DNA from: Halocafeteria seosinensis
Taxonomy: Eukaryota
Length of the DNA: 49,517 nt
Direction: 5' to 3'
NCBI GenBank assembly: GCA_001687465.1
Contig: LVLI01000591.1
Location: 1 to 49,517, forward strand
The notes beneath the pieces are model-generated. The model searched no databases. It was not told the origin of the DNA and saw only the letters and a list, made by a program, of their open reading frames with translations. This document shows positions 38,387-49,133 of the stretch, one piece after another (position 1 is the first letter of the stretch; the number at the start of each line of letters is the position of its first letter). Made by a program: the position numbers and the translations under genes.

Positions 38387-38955
38387 CGACCTCAACTCCA
38401 TCTTCGAGTGCGACACAGGAGGGAACGACTTTCACTACCCGCAGTGAACATCGTAAAACGTCGCCATATATCTCAACGATTACTAGAATCCGAACCCCGG
38501 CGGCGCCTAGCTCTTCAAATACTTTTGTGTCTACTACGACAACCAGTAACCTGAGCAGCCGAAGTAGAACTAACTCCGGTAGATGCACATATACGAGCAG
38601 CACCAGAATCACTCCAACACCCTGTACAAGACCACCAAATACTAATACATTGACACCGACATACGCAGAATCAGCCAGCACGACACCATCTGCGACAAGA
38701 ACTGAGCGTATGGCGCCTGACCCGACAGGAAGACCTATCCTAACTCAGACTGATACCAACGCCACAACGGCTACCGAAACGCATAAGAGTGACGAAGTCC
38801 GGTCGACGAATTCCATACAATGTATCAACGTGCGAAATGACAAAAAGAGTATGAAAAGAAGCACTCACATCAACCTGGTGGTCCAAACGTGCGACAAAAG
38901 GAAGGGGCGAAGTTTGAGAAAAGTGCAACGTCGGGAGCGCGTAAGTACATGGTAA
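37559..38955 (+). pseudogene. Frameshifted, chimeric copy 1 of the Cys-rich domain / mucin-stalk surface-protein family
   Basis: The signal peptide (ORF 37328-37975) and the domain plus stalk (ORF 37612-38955) are in different frames. The cause is an 8-nt insertion, TTCCAGGA at 37666-37673, relative to the intact copy. Confidence 0.85.
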
Positions 38956-39699
38956 AAAGATATAGGTTTGTACCACTAGTGCGGGCGGTGTACTACCGCA
39001 CTATCTACTAGGGCGCGAATTTCGCCTTAAAGCTTTTGGGAGCAATCGATGGCAGCTTAACGTTTCGCCCATACATATACAAGTGTGTATCCCAGTACTA
39101 GTACTGGTAGTATTCCAGCATGTCCTCCAAAGGCGGATGGTAAGGTAGAATCCACTTACATCTCTTCCCCCAAGCAACCTGTCGAAGATTTCTCTCCCTA
39201 TGGAAGGAATGAACGAAATGAGTGCTACCGGATAATCCACTGTAAGGATCTCAGAATCACCGCAGTCTCTGAAACGTCTCACAATACAAAATTCACTAGG
39301 AAGGATATGAAGTTTGGAGGCTTAAACCGATACGACCTCTGAGACCGGTGCAAATAGGAAGGTTTCGAATGATATTGGCAATCGAATGGTAGTTCGGTAG
39401 CAACCGTTCCGGACAAAATGCCATTCCTTTGACGACATGGATATCTCGCTGAACTGAACTGGCCTTCCCGAATCGCGAATCGCGACGACTCGCAACCAAC
39501 AGTAAGTGCGACTCACCAAACGAGAGTATCGACAGTAGAGCAGTCCATGGGGGCTTTGGGTGCTGCAACAGAAATATGGAATTTAGGCTCTTCGGGAAAA
39601 GCGAGCATTCAAGTTCTCCATAGTGGGGAAATGTGCCACCGATGCGCCAGCGAATTCTTAGTAGCAACAGAGTTGCATGCCATGTTGTTGCCGCAGACG

Positions 39700-40667
39700 G
39701 TATGACTGCTCCAACTGTAACCCAATCCGAACTACTCCAAGACATTACTTCTGCTCGTACCGCCTCCCACTCTAGCAAAGACATATACACCATCTACCAC
39801 GCCTACAACCATGCCCACCGTAACACCCTTCCCGAGCAGGAGCCCGTCACGTACCACTAACCAACGCAGAACTCCCACTAGTACCGCCACTCTAACAGCA
39901 ACTGAAACAACGAATAACACACCAACGACTTGCAGCATTCCAGTTCCTGTCCTTGCAAATATAGCCCAGACATAGTGCTCCCTCAGTGTTGATAAGTTCG
40001 CAGCCGCGTCTACTAACCTCTGGTTCCGTTATCTTCTGTGCAATATGAGCCACGATGTCTGCAAGAACACTCCAGTATTCGTCTACTATGACGATCATGA
40101 CCCTCCATAAGCGGGTGCCCGTCATCTGGCCCTAGCCAATGCAGAACTCCCTCTAGTACTGCCACATCAGCAGCAACTGAAACAACGAATAACACACCAA
40201 CGACTTTGCCTACTAAGACAACCATGCCCACCGGAACATGCTCCACAAACGGGAGCCTGTCATCTTCCGTGACTCCCTCGGGAATTCGAACATCACCAGT
40301 CACAATGAACTCCACGCCCATTCCATCAGTATTTCACACTCCGTTCTTTACCTCTACGAGCAACGTGACTGCAACGCGCCGCTTGGTTTCACCAAATGCA
40401 GCAACTACACTGTACAACCAATGTACTCTCTCTCCCCTCTCACTTCCAACGGGAAGCCCTGTATCAATGGCGTTGACAAGTCCCCCAACTTCATCATTCA
40501 GCGCAATTTGCAGCTATTTTGGACCTTCCAACGGCACTATGCTTCCCGCTTCCGAATCCTCACTCGTCGGAACGGCAGCGATATCCGCGCAGATGCTGCA
40601 GGCACCTGTGGGTGACTCTGGTACTTCTTGGAAGAGCAAGGGCGCTGAGAAGGTAGTACAATGTTAA
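39700..40667 (+). pseudogene. Degenerate Thr/Ser/Pro stalk segment with internal ~90-bp direct repeat
   Basis: T/P/S-rich coding-like sequence broken by frameshifts. Segment 39840-39931 repeats at 40115-40206 (…GCAGAACTCCC…GCAACTGAAACAACGAATAACACACCAACGACTT). Confidence 0.6.
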
Positions 40668-40920
40668 AGTCCGGCTAGAATGCAGGGAACCCAGTATAAG
40701 CACAAAAAGTAATTGTTCCATGGAGTACTATACCCTGGCTCTTCGTTGGCTACCAGATGAGGTCGCTGCCAATCCCCGGCGTCACTCGGTTCCACTGTCG
40801 TTGAACATCTATAGCGGCCTCTATATTCTGCGGCTGATGAACTGTATACAAATGGATTGTTCATCGCAAGAATACTAGAGAAAGAGCTGAGTCCGCGTTT
40901 GGTAATGTTTCAGCAACGCC

Positions 40921-42377
40921 GGCAACCGATATATCTGGCAACGCGGAGGAAGACATATCAGCGTGGGACGGGAAGGAATTTGGATTCCACCCCCACTTGC
41001 GACAAGACTAGACTAATCACAGACTAAACTAATGAATTACATACCAATGTAAGCTCGAGTATTGGTTATGGCAAACACTGCATTGCCAAGTAGTCCTTGA
41101 AGCTGTTGCGACCGCCTCCACCTCACATTTAGGCCCATACTTCTTTTCGGAGTTGATACTTGCGCTACAGCCACCACTGACTGCCAATGACATAGCTAAC
41201 TGCAACCTCCTAGCGAGGCCCCTACTGCGCTCAATATTCAGTGAGGAAGCGTGTTCTCCCGCGCGTCACGGTAGAGTTGTGAGCCGCTGAGCAGCTTTTG
41301 ACGGCCAAGTGAGTGTGCGAGAAATTATTTTCTTCACACCAACTCTTAGTAACATCAACATACACTCTGGATCTATCGCCAAGGACATGGTCGAGCTTTG
41401 GGAACGGGATAGTGCGCAACATGCAGCGAAAAGGAGAGAACAGAACAGGGGCGACAAAACGGGAGAACAGAACAGGGGTGACACGTGGAAGCCGCTTCAA
41501 CCTCACGCTAGAGGTGCTCCTTACGGGCTGTTGGTCTCTGCGATGATAGCGTTAGTAGTTATGTTGCTTCTCGCGAGGGACACAGGAGCCTCCTCATGTA
41601 TCGTTAAGGGGGCAATCAAAAACTCCCAGTTCAAGGACACGTACCAGGAAGGAGGACATTCCCGGCCCTCCGGTTGGAACTTCCAGGACTCGGGAACACA
41701 TGATTTACATATTGTCGACCCTTCCACTAATGGTGGGTGGGATCATTATACCAAAGCCGGAAACATTGCCCGGACGAGTTGGGAGGGAAATGGAGGCAGT
41801 AACAACAAGGTGGTGCTTCAGCAAGATGATGTCTGCCTTTCTGGCAAGCTCCTGGAGCTTGATATCATCGGACCCTCCGTAGGACACCCAAAAAGATCTA
41901 ACCATAGGGTCTATGTGGATGGACTCCAAATTAAGAACTGTGGGTATATAACTAATGGAGAATGGAAGACTTGCCGTGCGGATATCAGTTCTTATAATGC
42001 GAAACACAAACTCAAGCTAACGTGGGAGCAACGGTCAGGTGATAACAACGGCAATTCAGGAAAAGCCAATATCAGAGTCATCCAAGACGCAAGCCGTTGC
42101 AGCACCTGTTCAAAAGGAATTATGGTCGTTCCGGAAAGTTGTGATTTATGCTGCTGCAAGACACAGATGTGCCAAGAATGTGCACCCGTTCCGTCACCAA
42201 CAATGACTCCTACCCAAACTAGAACGCGTACTCCTTCTAGCACGCGTACACAGACACCAACTGCGACTAGAACCCCATCGAAGACTAGTACCGGTACGGA
42301 GACACCTACGTGTACCAGAACCCCAACAAGAACGACTTCGCCTAGTCGAACCGCGACCTCTACCAATAGCCTGAGTA
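40921..42377 (+). repeat. Segmental duplication copy B of 36940-38386
   Basis: Direct repeat offset by about 3.98 kb. Confidence 0.95.
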
Positions 42378-43939
42378 GAACCCCCTCTACTACACGGACT
42401 AGCACTAGCACTGGTACACCAACAACCACGACAACTGGGACAGCAACTGAAACGCCATCAACTACTCGTACACCAACGGAAACTCAAACGGCAACAACAA
42501 CGATGACTTTGACGCACACCCCATCGAGCACTCTTAGTGCGTCACGAACATCTACCCCAACACTGTCTCCGGCTGCATGTACGAGCTCCAGTTCGACTTC
42601 AACGAAGACAGCCACCGGCACCAGTGCTTCTTCTACTGCCTCGGCAACATCTTCACCAACATTCACCAACTCTCCGAGCGTTTCGCCATCTTGTTTAAGT
42701 CATTCTGGGGCTTCTACGTTCACAAACAGTTCGTCGGAAAGTGGTGCCGTTTTTGTTTCGTCCACGCCGTCAGGTACAGTCACCTCCACAACATCGGAAA
42801 CTTTATCGACTACGTCCGCCTTCACCGCTTCGGTGGCTACTTTATCGTCGCATGCGTACAGTGCTTCTGGTGATCCTGGTCTCATTACGCCAACTGAAGG
42901 GTCTATAGCTTCTGAAACAAGTAGTAGTGCTGTCGACCTGGGTGGTACGCTTACATCGTATTTCGCTCCTGGCATCATTGGTATGATGATGATATTACTA
43001 TGCGGGTTTATTGCTTATCGACGAAAGCGAAACAAGGCCAACAGTAAAAGGTATGAGGATCCAATGTACCTGTATGCCCAAGAATTGGGTGTCCATGTCA
43101 GTATGCTAGGGAAGCAAAAGTTATGCCGCGATGCAACCGATGCTGAGCCCCAGTCTTGTGAAGACTTGCCGCGGGATAATCTTAGTAAAACCGCGCAGTT
43201 GAATGGTTCTGAAGTCTCACTCAGTAGTGAAATGATGCGAGCAAAGGCTGTAAACCCGTTACTAGCGCAGGCGCATTATAGGCTGTCTGGGGAGGCCAAA
43301 CCGGAGCAGTTAACTCACTCACCTACTGAGACTTATACACATTTAGCAACCGCCCAAAAGCCACGAGTAGAATTCGTTGACTTGTCGGATCGTATCAAAA
43401 GTCAAAGCTCAATCCGTGTGGCTTCCGTGAAAAAGCCAAGAGTTGAAGCTGGTGGGAGAAGTGGCAGGACGATTCAAGTCGCTATGTCCCGTAACATCGA
43501 TCGATCGGATATGAGAGTAGCTGATAAAGCGCTTCTAAGACTTCGCGAATGGAAAGCATACCTTCTTGCAGAACCACCTCCATTGATCGAGATTGAGTCC
43601 ATGACAAAGTTGGGTGATCTCTTGTCAACTGGAGCTGCGAACCAGCAACCCGTTGAAACCACAAAAGAAACGCGGGTCAATAGTAACGAAACAATTAATC
43701 GCCTCAGGTTTGCACGCAAGGAAGCGGCTGTTGGCTTTCCTGTCTCTCGAGTGAAGCATTCCAGAACGGATAAAGCGAATGGGGTCAAACTGAATCGAAC
43801 AAGGACCGTCAAAACAGAATTTATGCAAATGCTTCCGTCTAACCATGACGTCTTTGCGGCAGCGGCTGTGCAGACAAACGATTGCCGACGAGGCAGTCGG
43901 AGGAACCGCAAGGATTCTCGTAATCTGCGAGGTACATAG
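41543..43939 (+). CDS. Intact type-I membrane protein: signal peptide, Cys-rich extracellular domain, Thr/Pro/Ser mucin-like stalk, TM helix, long cytoplasmic tail (copy 2)
   Basis: Intronless ORF. It has the signal MIALVVMLLLARDTGA (upstream ATG 41387 is also possible), a ~200-aa domain ending CSTCSKG…CDLCCCKTQMCQEC, and a TPT/TRT stalk. The TM YFAPGIIGMMMILLCGFIAY is followed by an RRKR stop-transfer signal. Confidence 0.85.
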   Translation: MIALVVMLLLARDTGASSCIVKGAIKNSQFKDTYQEGGHSRPSGWNFQDSGTHDLHIVDPSTNGGWDHYTKAGNIARTSWEGNGGSNNKVVLQQDDVCLSGKLLELDIIGPSVGHPKRSNHRVYVDGLQIKNCGYITNGEWKTCRADISSYNAKHKLKLTWEQRSGDNNGNSGKANIRVIQDASRCSTCSKGIMVVPESCDLCCCKTQMCQECAPVPSPTMTPTQTRTRTPSSTRTQTPTATRTPSKTSTGTETPTCTRTPTRTTSPSRTATSTNSLSRTPSTTRTSTSTGTPTTTTTGTATETPSTTRTPTETQTATTTMTLTHTPSSTLSASRTSTPTLSPAACTSSSSTSTKTATGTSASSTASATSSPTFTNSPSVSPSCLSHSGASTFTNSSSESGAVFVSSTPSGTVTSTTSETLSTTSAFTASVATLSSHAYSASGDPGLITPTEGSIASETSSSAVDLGGTLTSYFAPGIIGMMMILLCGFIAYRRKRNKANSKRYEDPMYLYAQELGVHVSMLGKQKLCRDATDAEPQSCEDLPRDNLSKTAQLNGSEVSLSSEMMRAKAVNPLLAQAHYRLSGEAKPEQLTHSPTETYTHLATAQKPRVEFVDLSDRIKSQSSIRVASVKKPRVEAGGRSGRTIQVAMSRNIDRSDMRVADKALLRLREWKAYLLAEPPPLIEIESMTKLGDLLSTGAANQQPVETTKETRVNSNETINRLRFARKEAAVGFPVSRVKHSRTDKANGVKLNRTRTVKTEFMQMLPSNHDVFAAAAVQTNDCRRGSRRNRKDSRNLRGT

Positions 43940-44654
43940 TACGAGCTTCACTATAAACCGATTCAAAAAGAGAAGTTTTCCTCTATCGCTTCCTCTTCGA
44001 GGGTTTCGAGCTTTCCATTGGTACCGGTAGTGAGGGCCCCGGGAGGGTTGTTGGAGGACAATACCCAGTGAATGCCGTAGAATCGGAAAATTCGACTTTC
44101 TGCCAATTTTCACCCATCTTATTACTACCAGTCAAGTAGACTAGGCACTACATGTATTATCCAATAATTGTCCCCAGTTGAACAGTTCAACTTGAACCGG
44201 TGACCCGTGTCCAGACGTGAAACCTTCTAGCGCACTGTACGCATCATCATCAAGGAATGGTCGTCGATCATTGGTACAATATAGAAGTTTTTTCTTGGTG
44301 GCTCCGATGGAGAAAGAGAAGCTGACGAATAGCGTTTGGCAGAGAACAGCTGTCGTTACGAGCAGCAGGAACTTGGAAGGGCCCTCTCACGCCGGAACCT
44401 GCGGGCTTTTTGAACATCTATAAGCTCGTCAACAAGAGTTTCACGAGTATCATGTGCAATTGACGTAGCTCTATGCGGCCCTCGCAGTGCCCTTGCAGTG
44501 GTCTGCTCCCCGTTGGAGCACGCTCGCCCTATTCTGTCAATTTCGCAGATACGCAGTCTTCAAATCTGCGGTTGGCAAGGAAGAACAACGTAAACGACAG
44601 AAGAGCTTTGGGATGTCCATTGATCTCAACGCCTTCATGTCTTTTGATCCAATC

Positions 44655-45227
44655 TGATTCTTCTGCTCCTGTTGATTGAGCAGACAAATGGGTCATGTGT
44701 TGTACATGGAGCGATTAAGAACCCTCGCTTCCAATGCACATACCAGCAGGATGGATACACAAGACCGTGCAACTATATTTTCAAAATTACTAAATTTAAT
44801 AAAAATTCGCGGGCGTTATTCGTTGATTTGTCCGAACAAGCCGAAGCACAGTTCAATTGGAATGACTTCTTTGAAAAAGCCAACACTTGCAGCCGCTGGC
44901 GAAAGCTCTGCGGGTATGCCTGTCCTTAAAGTCGCGATAGCCCGGACTATTGATCGATCGGAGATGAAAGTAGCTGATAAAACATTTCTGAAACTCCGGG
45001 AATGGAAAGCACGCCTCCTTGCGGAGCCACCTCCTCTGGTCGAAATTGAATTCTTTGCCGAGCCTGATGTTTACTGTCAAACGGAAAATAGGAAGCACGA
45101 ACATTCTTTAAAACCTGAAGAAGAGAAACAACAGCAGCCTGATGAAACAATCAATCGTCTCAGATTCGCCCGCAAGGACGCACCTGTCGGGGTCCCTACT
45201 CGATCTAGGCGTCAATCTGAGTCGTAA
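44655..45227 (+). pseudogene. Internally deleted family derivative: 120-bp head of copy 3 fused to the cytoplasmic-tail module
   Basis: 44655-44774 matches 46357-46476. A short AT-rich spacer follows, then about 44818-45200 matches about 48752-49133. Confidence 0.85.
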
Positions 45228-46298
45228 AAGGAATGCCGAGACAGAATTTACCCAACGCTTCCGCATAATCGTGAGCTCTTGAAGTGCACCCGTAACACAT
45301 CCATAGGTGTTGAAAAGTGGAGGAATATGCGGAGAAACAGCCAGCGAAGCCGCAGGTGTTCTCGCAGCGGGCAGTATTTTATATGGTAGCTTCTCTGGGC
45401 TTACGAGCTCCGCCAGCGAGCGAAGTGAATGAAAGTGTTAGGCCTGGGTTAGGCGACGTGAATCACGATGCACTTTGGTTCTAGCTATATGGCAGTCCGT
45501 TCTGCCACAGTACCGAGCATCGTCGTGGAGGGAGTCCAGGTACAATGTTATTATGTGCGGTAGCAGAGCGCTCCTCAATCCTGAAGCGACCTATTCCGTC
45601 GCAACACGAAACGGTAGCGTCGTCTTCTCGGCTGAAGTTGCCATTTTCATTGATGGGGCCCTCTGTGATACTCCAGTGCTCGTGTTCCTGCTAAGTATTT
45701 TAGATGGTGATGTTCGAGTTCACTGGGAAGCTAATGTCAGTGTCCCGGTAGCAATGTCGACAACCCAGTCTAAGGACGAAGAGTAAATGTGCCATGGAGT
45801 ACTACCTGCCTCTTCGTCCGCTCCCAAACGAGGTCGCCGCCAATTCCCGGGACAACCTGACGCCACTTGGTTCCCGCACCGTGGAACCTCTGCGGCGGCC
45901 TCTGTGTTCTGCGGGTGCACTCGTCGTTTGACACGTGTACAGCGCGGCCGCTAATCCGAAGTACAAACGCTAATACTAAAATACTTTGCTGCGAATTGAA
46001 TTGGTAATAACAATCTGTAATTTAGATGGGTAGGTAGACTGCTTATTAAAAACTCCGGTTTTATACCAAAAAAAAAAAAAAATTCCAAAGCGACAGAGCG
46101 CTGTTCACCAGCCTCATTTCTTGTGATATACCCACTCCGGAGACTGACGGGAGTCTTGGTCTCTGGATTGTATCCTATAAACATTCAAACCTGCAGGTAC
46201 TTTCGTATGCCTTTGAATTGGCGTTCACAGGGCGTGTGCTGCGTACTGTATGCGTTGCATTCGCATCGGCAGAACAATTGCGTTCAACACCAACAGTC

Positions 46299-47678
46299 AT
46301 GGAGATGAACTGGAAGTATGGCGACTGCGTCCCTTTGCCGCACTTTTCATTCGCTATGATTCTTCTGCTCCTGTTGGTCGAGCAGACAAATGGGTCATGT
46401 GTTGTGCATGGAGCGATTAAGAACCCTCGCTTCCAATGCACATACCAACAGGATGGATACACAAGACCGTGCGACTGGAGCTGGAAAGATCACTCTACAG
46501 GCTATAATGACGTTCACAGTCTAGATATCAAACAAGGTACTTACGGCACCTATGATACAACGACAGAGAAGTCGAATGTCGCTGGCACAAACTGGGTAGC
46601 CAATGACTTCGACAACAACGAAATGGTACTTGAGCAAACTGATGTATGCTTATCTGGAAATACCCTGGTGCACACTATAGTCGGAGGGAAGCCAGGTGAC
46701 TATGACAGTGCTGACCGGTCCAATCACAAAGTATACATTGACGGCAACGAGGTAAAAAACTGTGGTTACGTCACCCCGAACGAAGTCGAACCATGTGAAG
46801 TGGATATCAATTCCTACTCAGGAAAGCACACTTTGAAATTCACATGGGAGCAAAGAACAGATGATAGCTTAGGATCTTCAGGCAAAGCGGACTTCAAGAT
46901 CCTTCATGATGGAAGTCGTTGCAGCACTTGTTCTGAAGGCGTTATGGTATCGCCGCAGAGTTGTGACGTGTGCTGCTACAGGAACCACGAGTGCACAGAA
47001 TGTGCCCCAAGTCCAATCCCAACCAATACTTCCACTCTCACCCGCACGCGGACGCCATCAAAGACCCCAACTCCGACAAATACGCGCACTCCATCAAATA
47101 CCGGTACACGGACGCGGACACCCACCCTAAGTAAAACCACCACAAGCACACCAACACCGACGAGAAGCGAAACAATGACTAGAACACCATCCCATACTCA
47201 CACGAAAACACAGACGGAGACTCGAACGCCAACAACAACCAAGAGCTTAACGCGCACGCCATCTAACACCCGAACTCCGTCCCAAACCTCTACCGGAACT
47301 GTGTCAGCAACCATGTCACCTACAAGCAGTTCGAGCCCGTCACATACAGGCACGTGCACACCGACATACGCAGCATTAGCCACCATGGCATCATCTGCTA
47401 CGAGAACTGGACGCATTGCGCCTGACCGAACAGGGAAGTCAATCTCGACTGCAGCTCCCTCCAGCCATATCAACGCCTCGGCGGCTACCGAAACGCGTCG
47501 AAGGGACCAACAGAACCGAGTTGGCCTCCAGTCCCCTGATTCCACACAATGTCGGAATGAGAAACTGAACTTGAAAAGAAGTAGTTGTATCAAAGTAATG
47601 GTCCAACCGTGCGACGAAAGGAAGGGGCAAATTTGGAAAAAAAAGGTGACACGTCGGGAGCGGGCAAGTTCGCAGTAA
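46299..47678 (+). CDS. Divergent paralogue (copy 3): signal peptide, Cys-rich domain and Thr/Pro stalk with no TM (secreted or truncated)
   Basis: MILLLLLVEQTNGSCVVHGAIKN…DVCLSG…RSNHKVYIDG…KNCGYVT…KHTLKFTWEQR…RCSTCSEG…CDVCC…CTECAP aligns collinearly with copy 2. The ORF ends before any TM. Start is at 46299 or 46356. Confidence 0.75.
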   Translation: MEMNWKYGDCVPLPHFSFAMILLLLLVEQTNGSCVVHGAIKNPRFQCTYQQDGYTRPCDWSWKDHSTGYNDVHSLDIKQGTYGTYDTTTEKSNVAGTNWVANDFDNNEMVLEQTDVCLSGNTLVHTIVGGKPGDYDSADRSNHKVYIDGNEVKNCGYVTPNEVEPCEVDINSYSGKHTLKFTWEQRTDDSLGSSGKADFKILHDGSRCSTCSEGVMVSPQSCDVCCYRNHECTECAPSPIPTNTSTLTRTRTPSKTPTPTNTRTPSNTGTRTRTPTLSKTTTSTPTPTRSETMTRTPSHTHTKTQTETRTPTTTKSLTRTPSNTRTPSQTSTGTVSATMSPTSSSSPSHTGTCTPTYAALATMASSATRTGRIAPDRTGKSISTAAPSSHINASAATETRRRDQQNRVGLQSPDSTQCRNEKLNLKRSSCIKVMVQPCDERKGQIWKKKVTRRERASSQ

Positions 47679-49133
47679 AAGGGTCTGGTGTTGTACCATT
47701 GCTATGGGTGGTTTACGAGTACATGTGTATATACTACCCACTAGGTCACGAACTTCGTCTTGAAGAGCAGTGGGTCGCATCTTAACGGTGAATAACGGTA
47801 CATGTAGTATTGTTGTGCGGTCTGCCAGAACCGGATGGTAACGTACTTCTATTCCGTTTGAAGGCATGAACGACACGAGACCGAGAATCCAGCCCAAGTA
47901 AACCAGGCATATCTCCGGATTCTCCCTTTGTCATAAATGCTTTACACGTGCTCAGAGAATTCGGTGCAATCCGATGCAGATGTTTTTAAAGCGTCGGATA
48001 AGAAGCGTGCTTCTACTCTCCTTCAAAATTTTTGCTTGGGGGCGTACTACACTGTGCGTTAGGCGCTCGACATGCTTATACGCTGTACGCTGCATGGCTA
48101 TCAAAAATATGTCTTATCTTTGCGAGGAAGGCTAAGAGATTCATCGGAGGCTTCACCCGATACAGCCTCTGAATCCGGTGCAAGTAAGAAGGTGTCGAAT
48201 GATTGACAATTGAATGATAGCTTCTTAGTAACCGTCTCGAAAAGCTGGCATTCCTTTGGCGAGATGGTTATCTCGCTGAACTGGACTTCGCGACCCGGCG
48301 ACAGTTGCCGACAGTAAGTGGGACCCACCGGACAAGAGTATCGACCGTAGAACAGCCAATAGGGGCTGGTTCGTGTTGTTGCAACAGAACTGTGGGATGC
48401 TTCTATCACTCATTGTCTTACATACAAATATTTACCTTTATTTAATCCGGGAGTATATCGATCCGTCGCACGAACTTGCTGTCCGCTAACCACGCTACTA
48501 AAGCACAGCTTCTGCAGACATTTCCAGTGCCATCAAGACTCAACAACTCATAAGCGTACGTTCCCGAGGCTAAGAATAAGAGAGTTGAGAGTGACCGCCC
48601 TGAACGTATTATTCCTGGGATGGCACAGGGAACACGTGGAAGACCCTTCCACTCCCAAGAAGCACAGGAAGCGGATATACGATCCTGTTCTTCAAATTCA
48701 GCAACACCTTCCGCGGCTAAGAATGAAACTGGGTAAGGATCTAGGGTAGAATTCGTTGATTTGTCGGAACAAGCCAAAGCACAGCTCAATTCGAATGACT
48801 TCTTTGAAAAAGCCAACACTTGCAGCCGCTGGGAAAAGCTCTGCGGATACGCCTGTCCTTAAAGTCGCGATAGACCGGAATACTTATCGATCGGACATGA
48901 AAGTAGCTGATAAAACATTTCTGAAACTCCGAGATGGAAAGCACGCCTCCTTGCGGAGCCACCTCCTCTGGTCGAAATTGAATCCTTTGCGGAGCCTGAT
49001 GTTTACTGTCAAACAAGAAATGGGAAGCACGAGCAATTTTTAAGACCTGAAGAAGAGAAACAACTACATTCTGATGAAACAAACAACCGTCTCAGATTCG
49101 CCCGCGCAAGGACGCAGCTGTCGGAGCCCCTAC
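47679..49133 (+). pseudogene. Decayed downstream part of the copy-3 locus (second extracellular module and tail module)
   Basis: About 48150-48400 aligns with about 39330-39590. About 48745-49133 encodes a frameshifted RVEFVDLS…DRSDMKVADK…AEPPPL…NRLRFAR tail homologous to the copy 2 tail. Confidence 0.75.

Noticed and set aside
38016..38681. Long Val/Gly/Leu-rich minus-strand ORFs (also 41992-42429, 47198-47593)
   Set aside because: They are antisense shadows of Thr/Pro-rich stalk codons on the plus strand.
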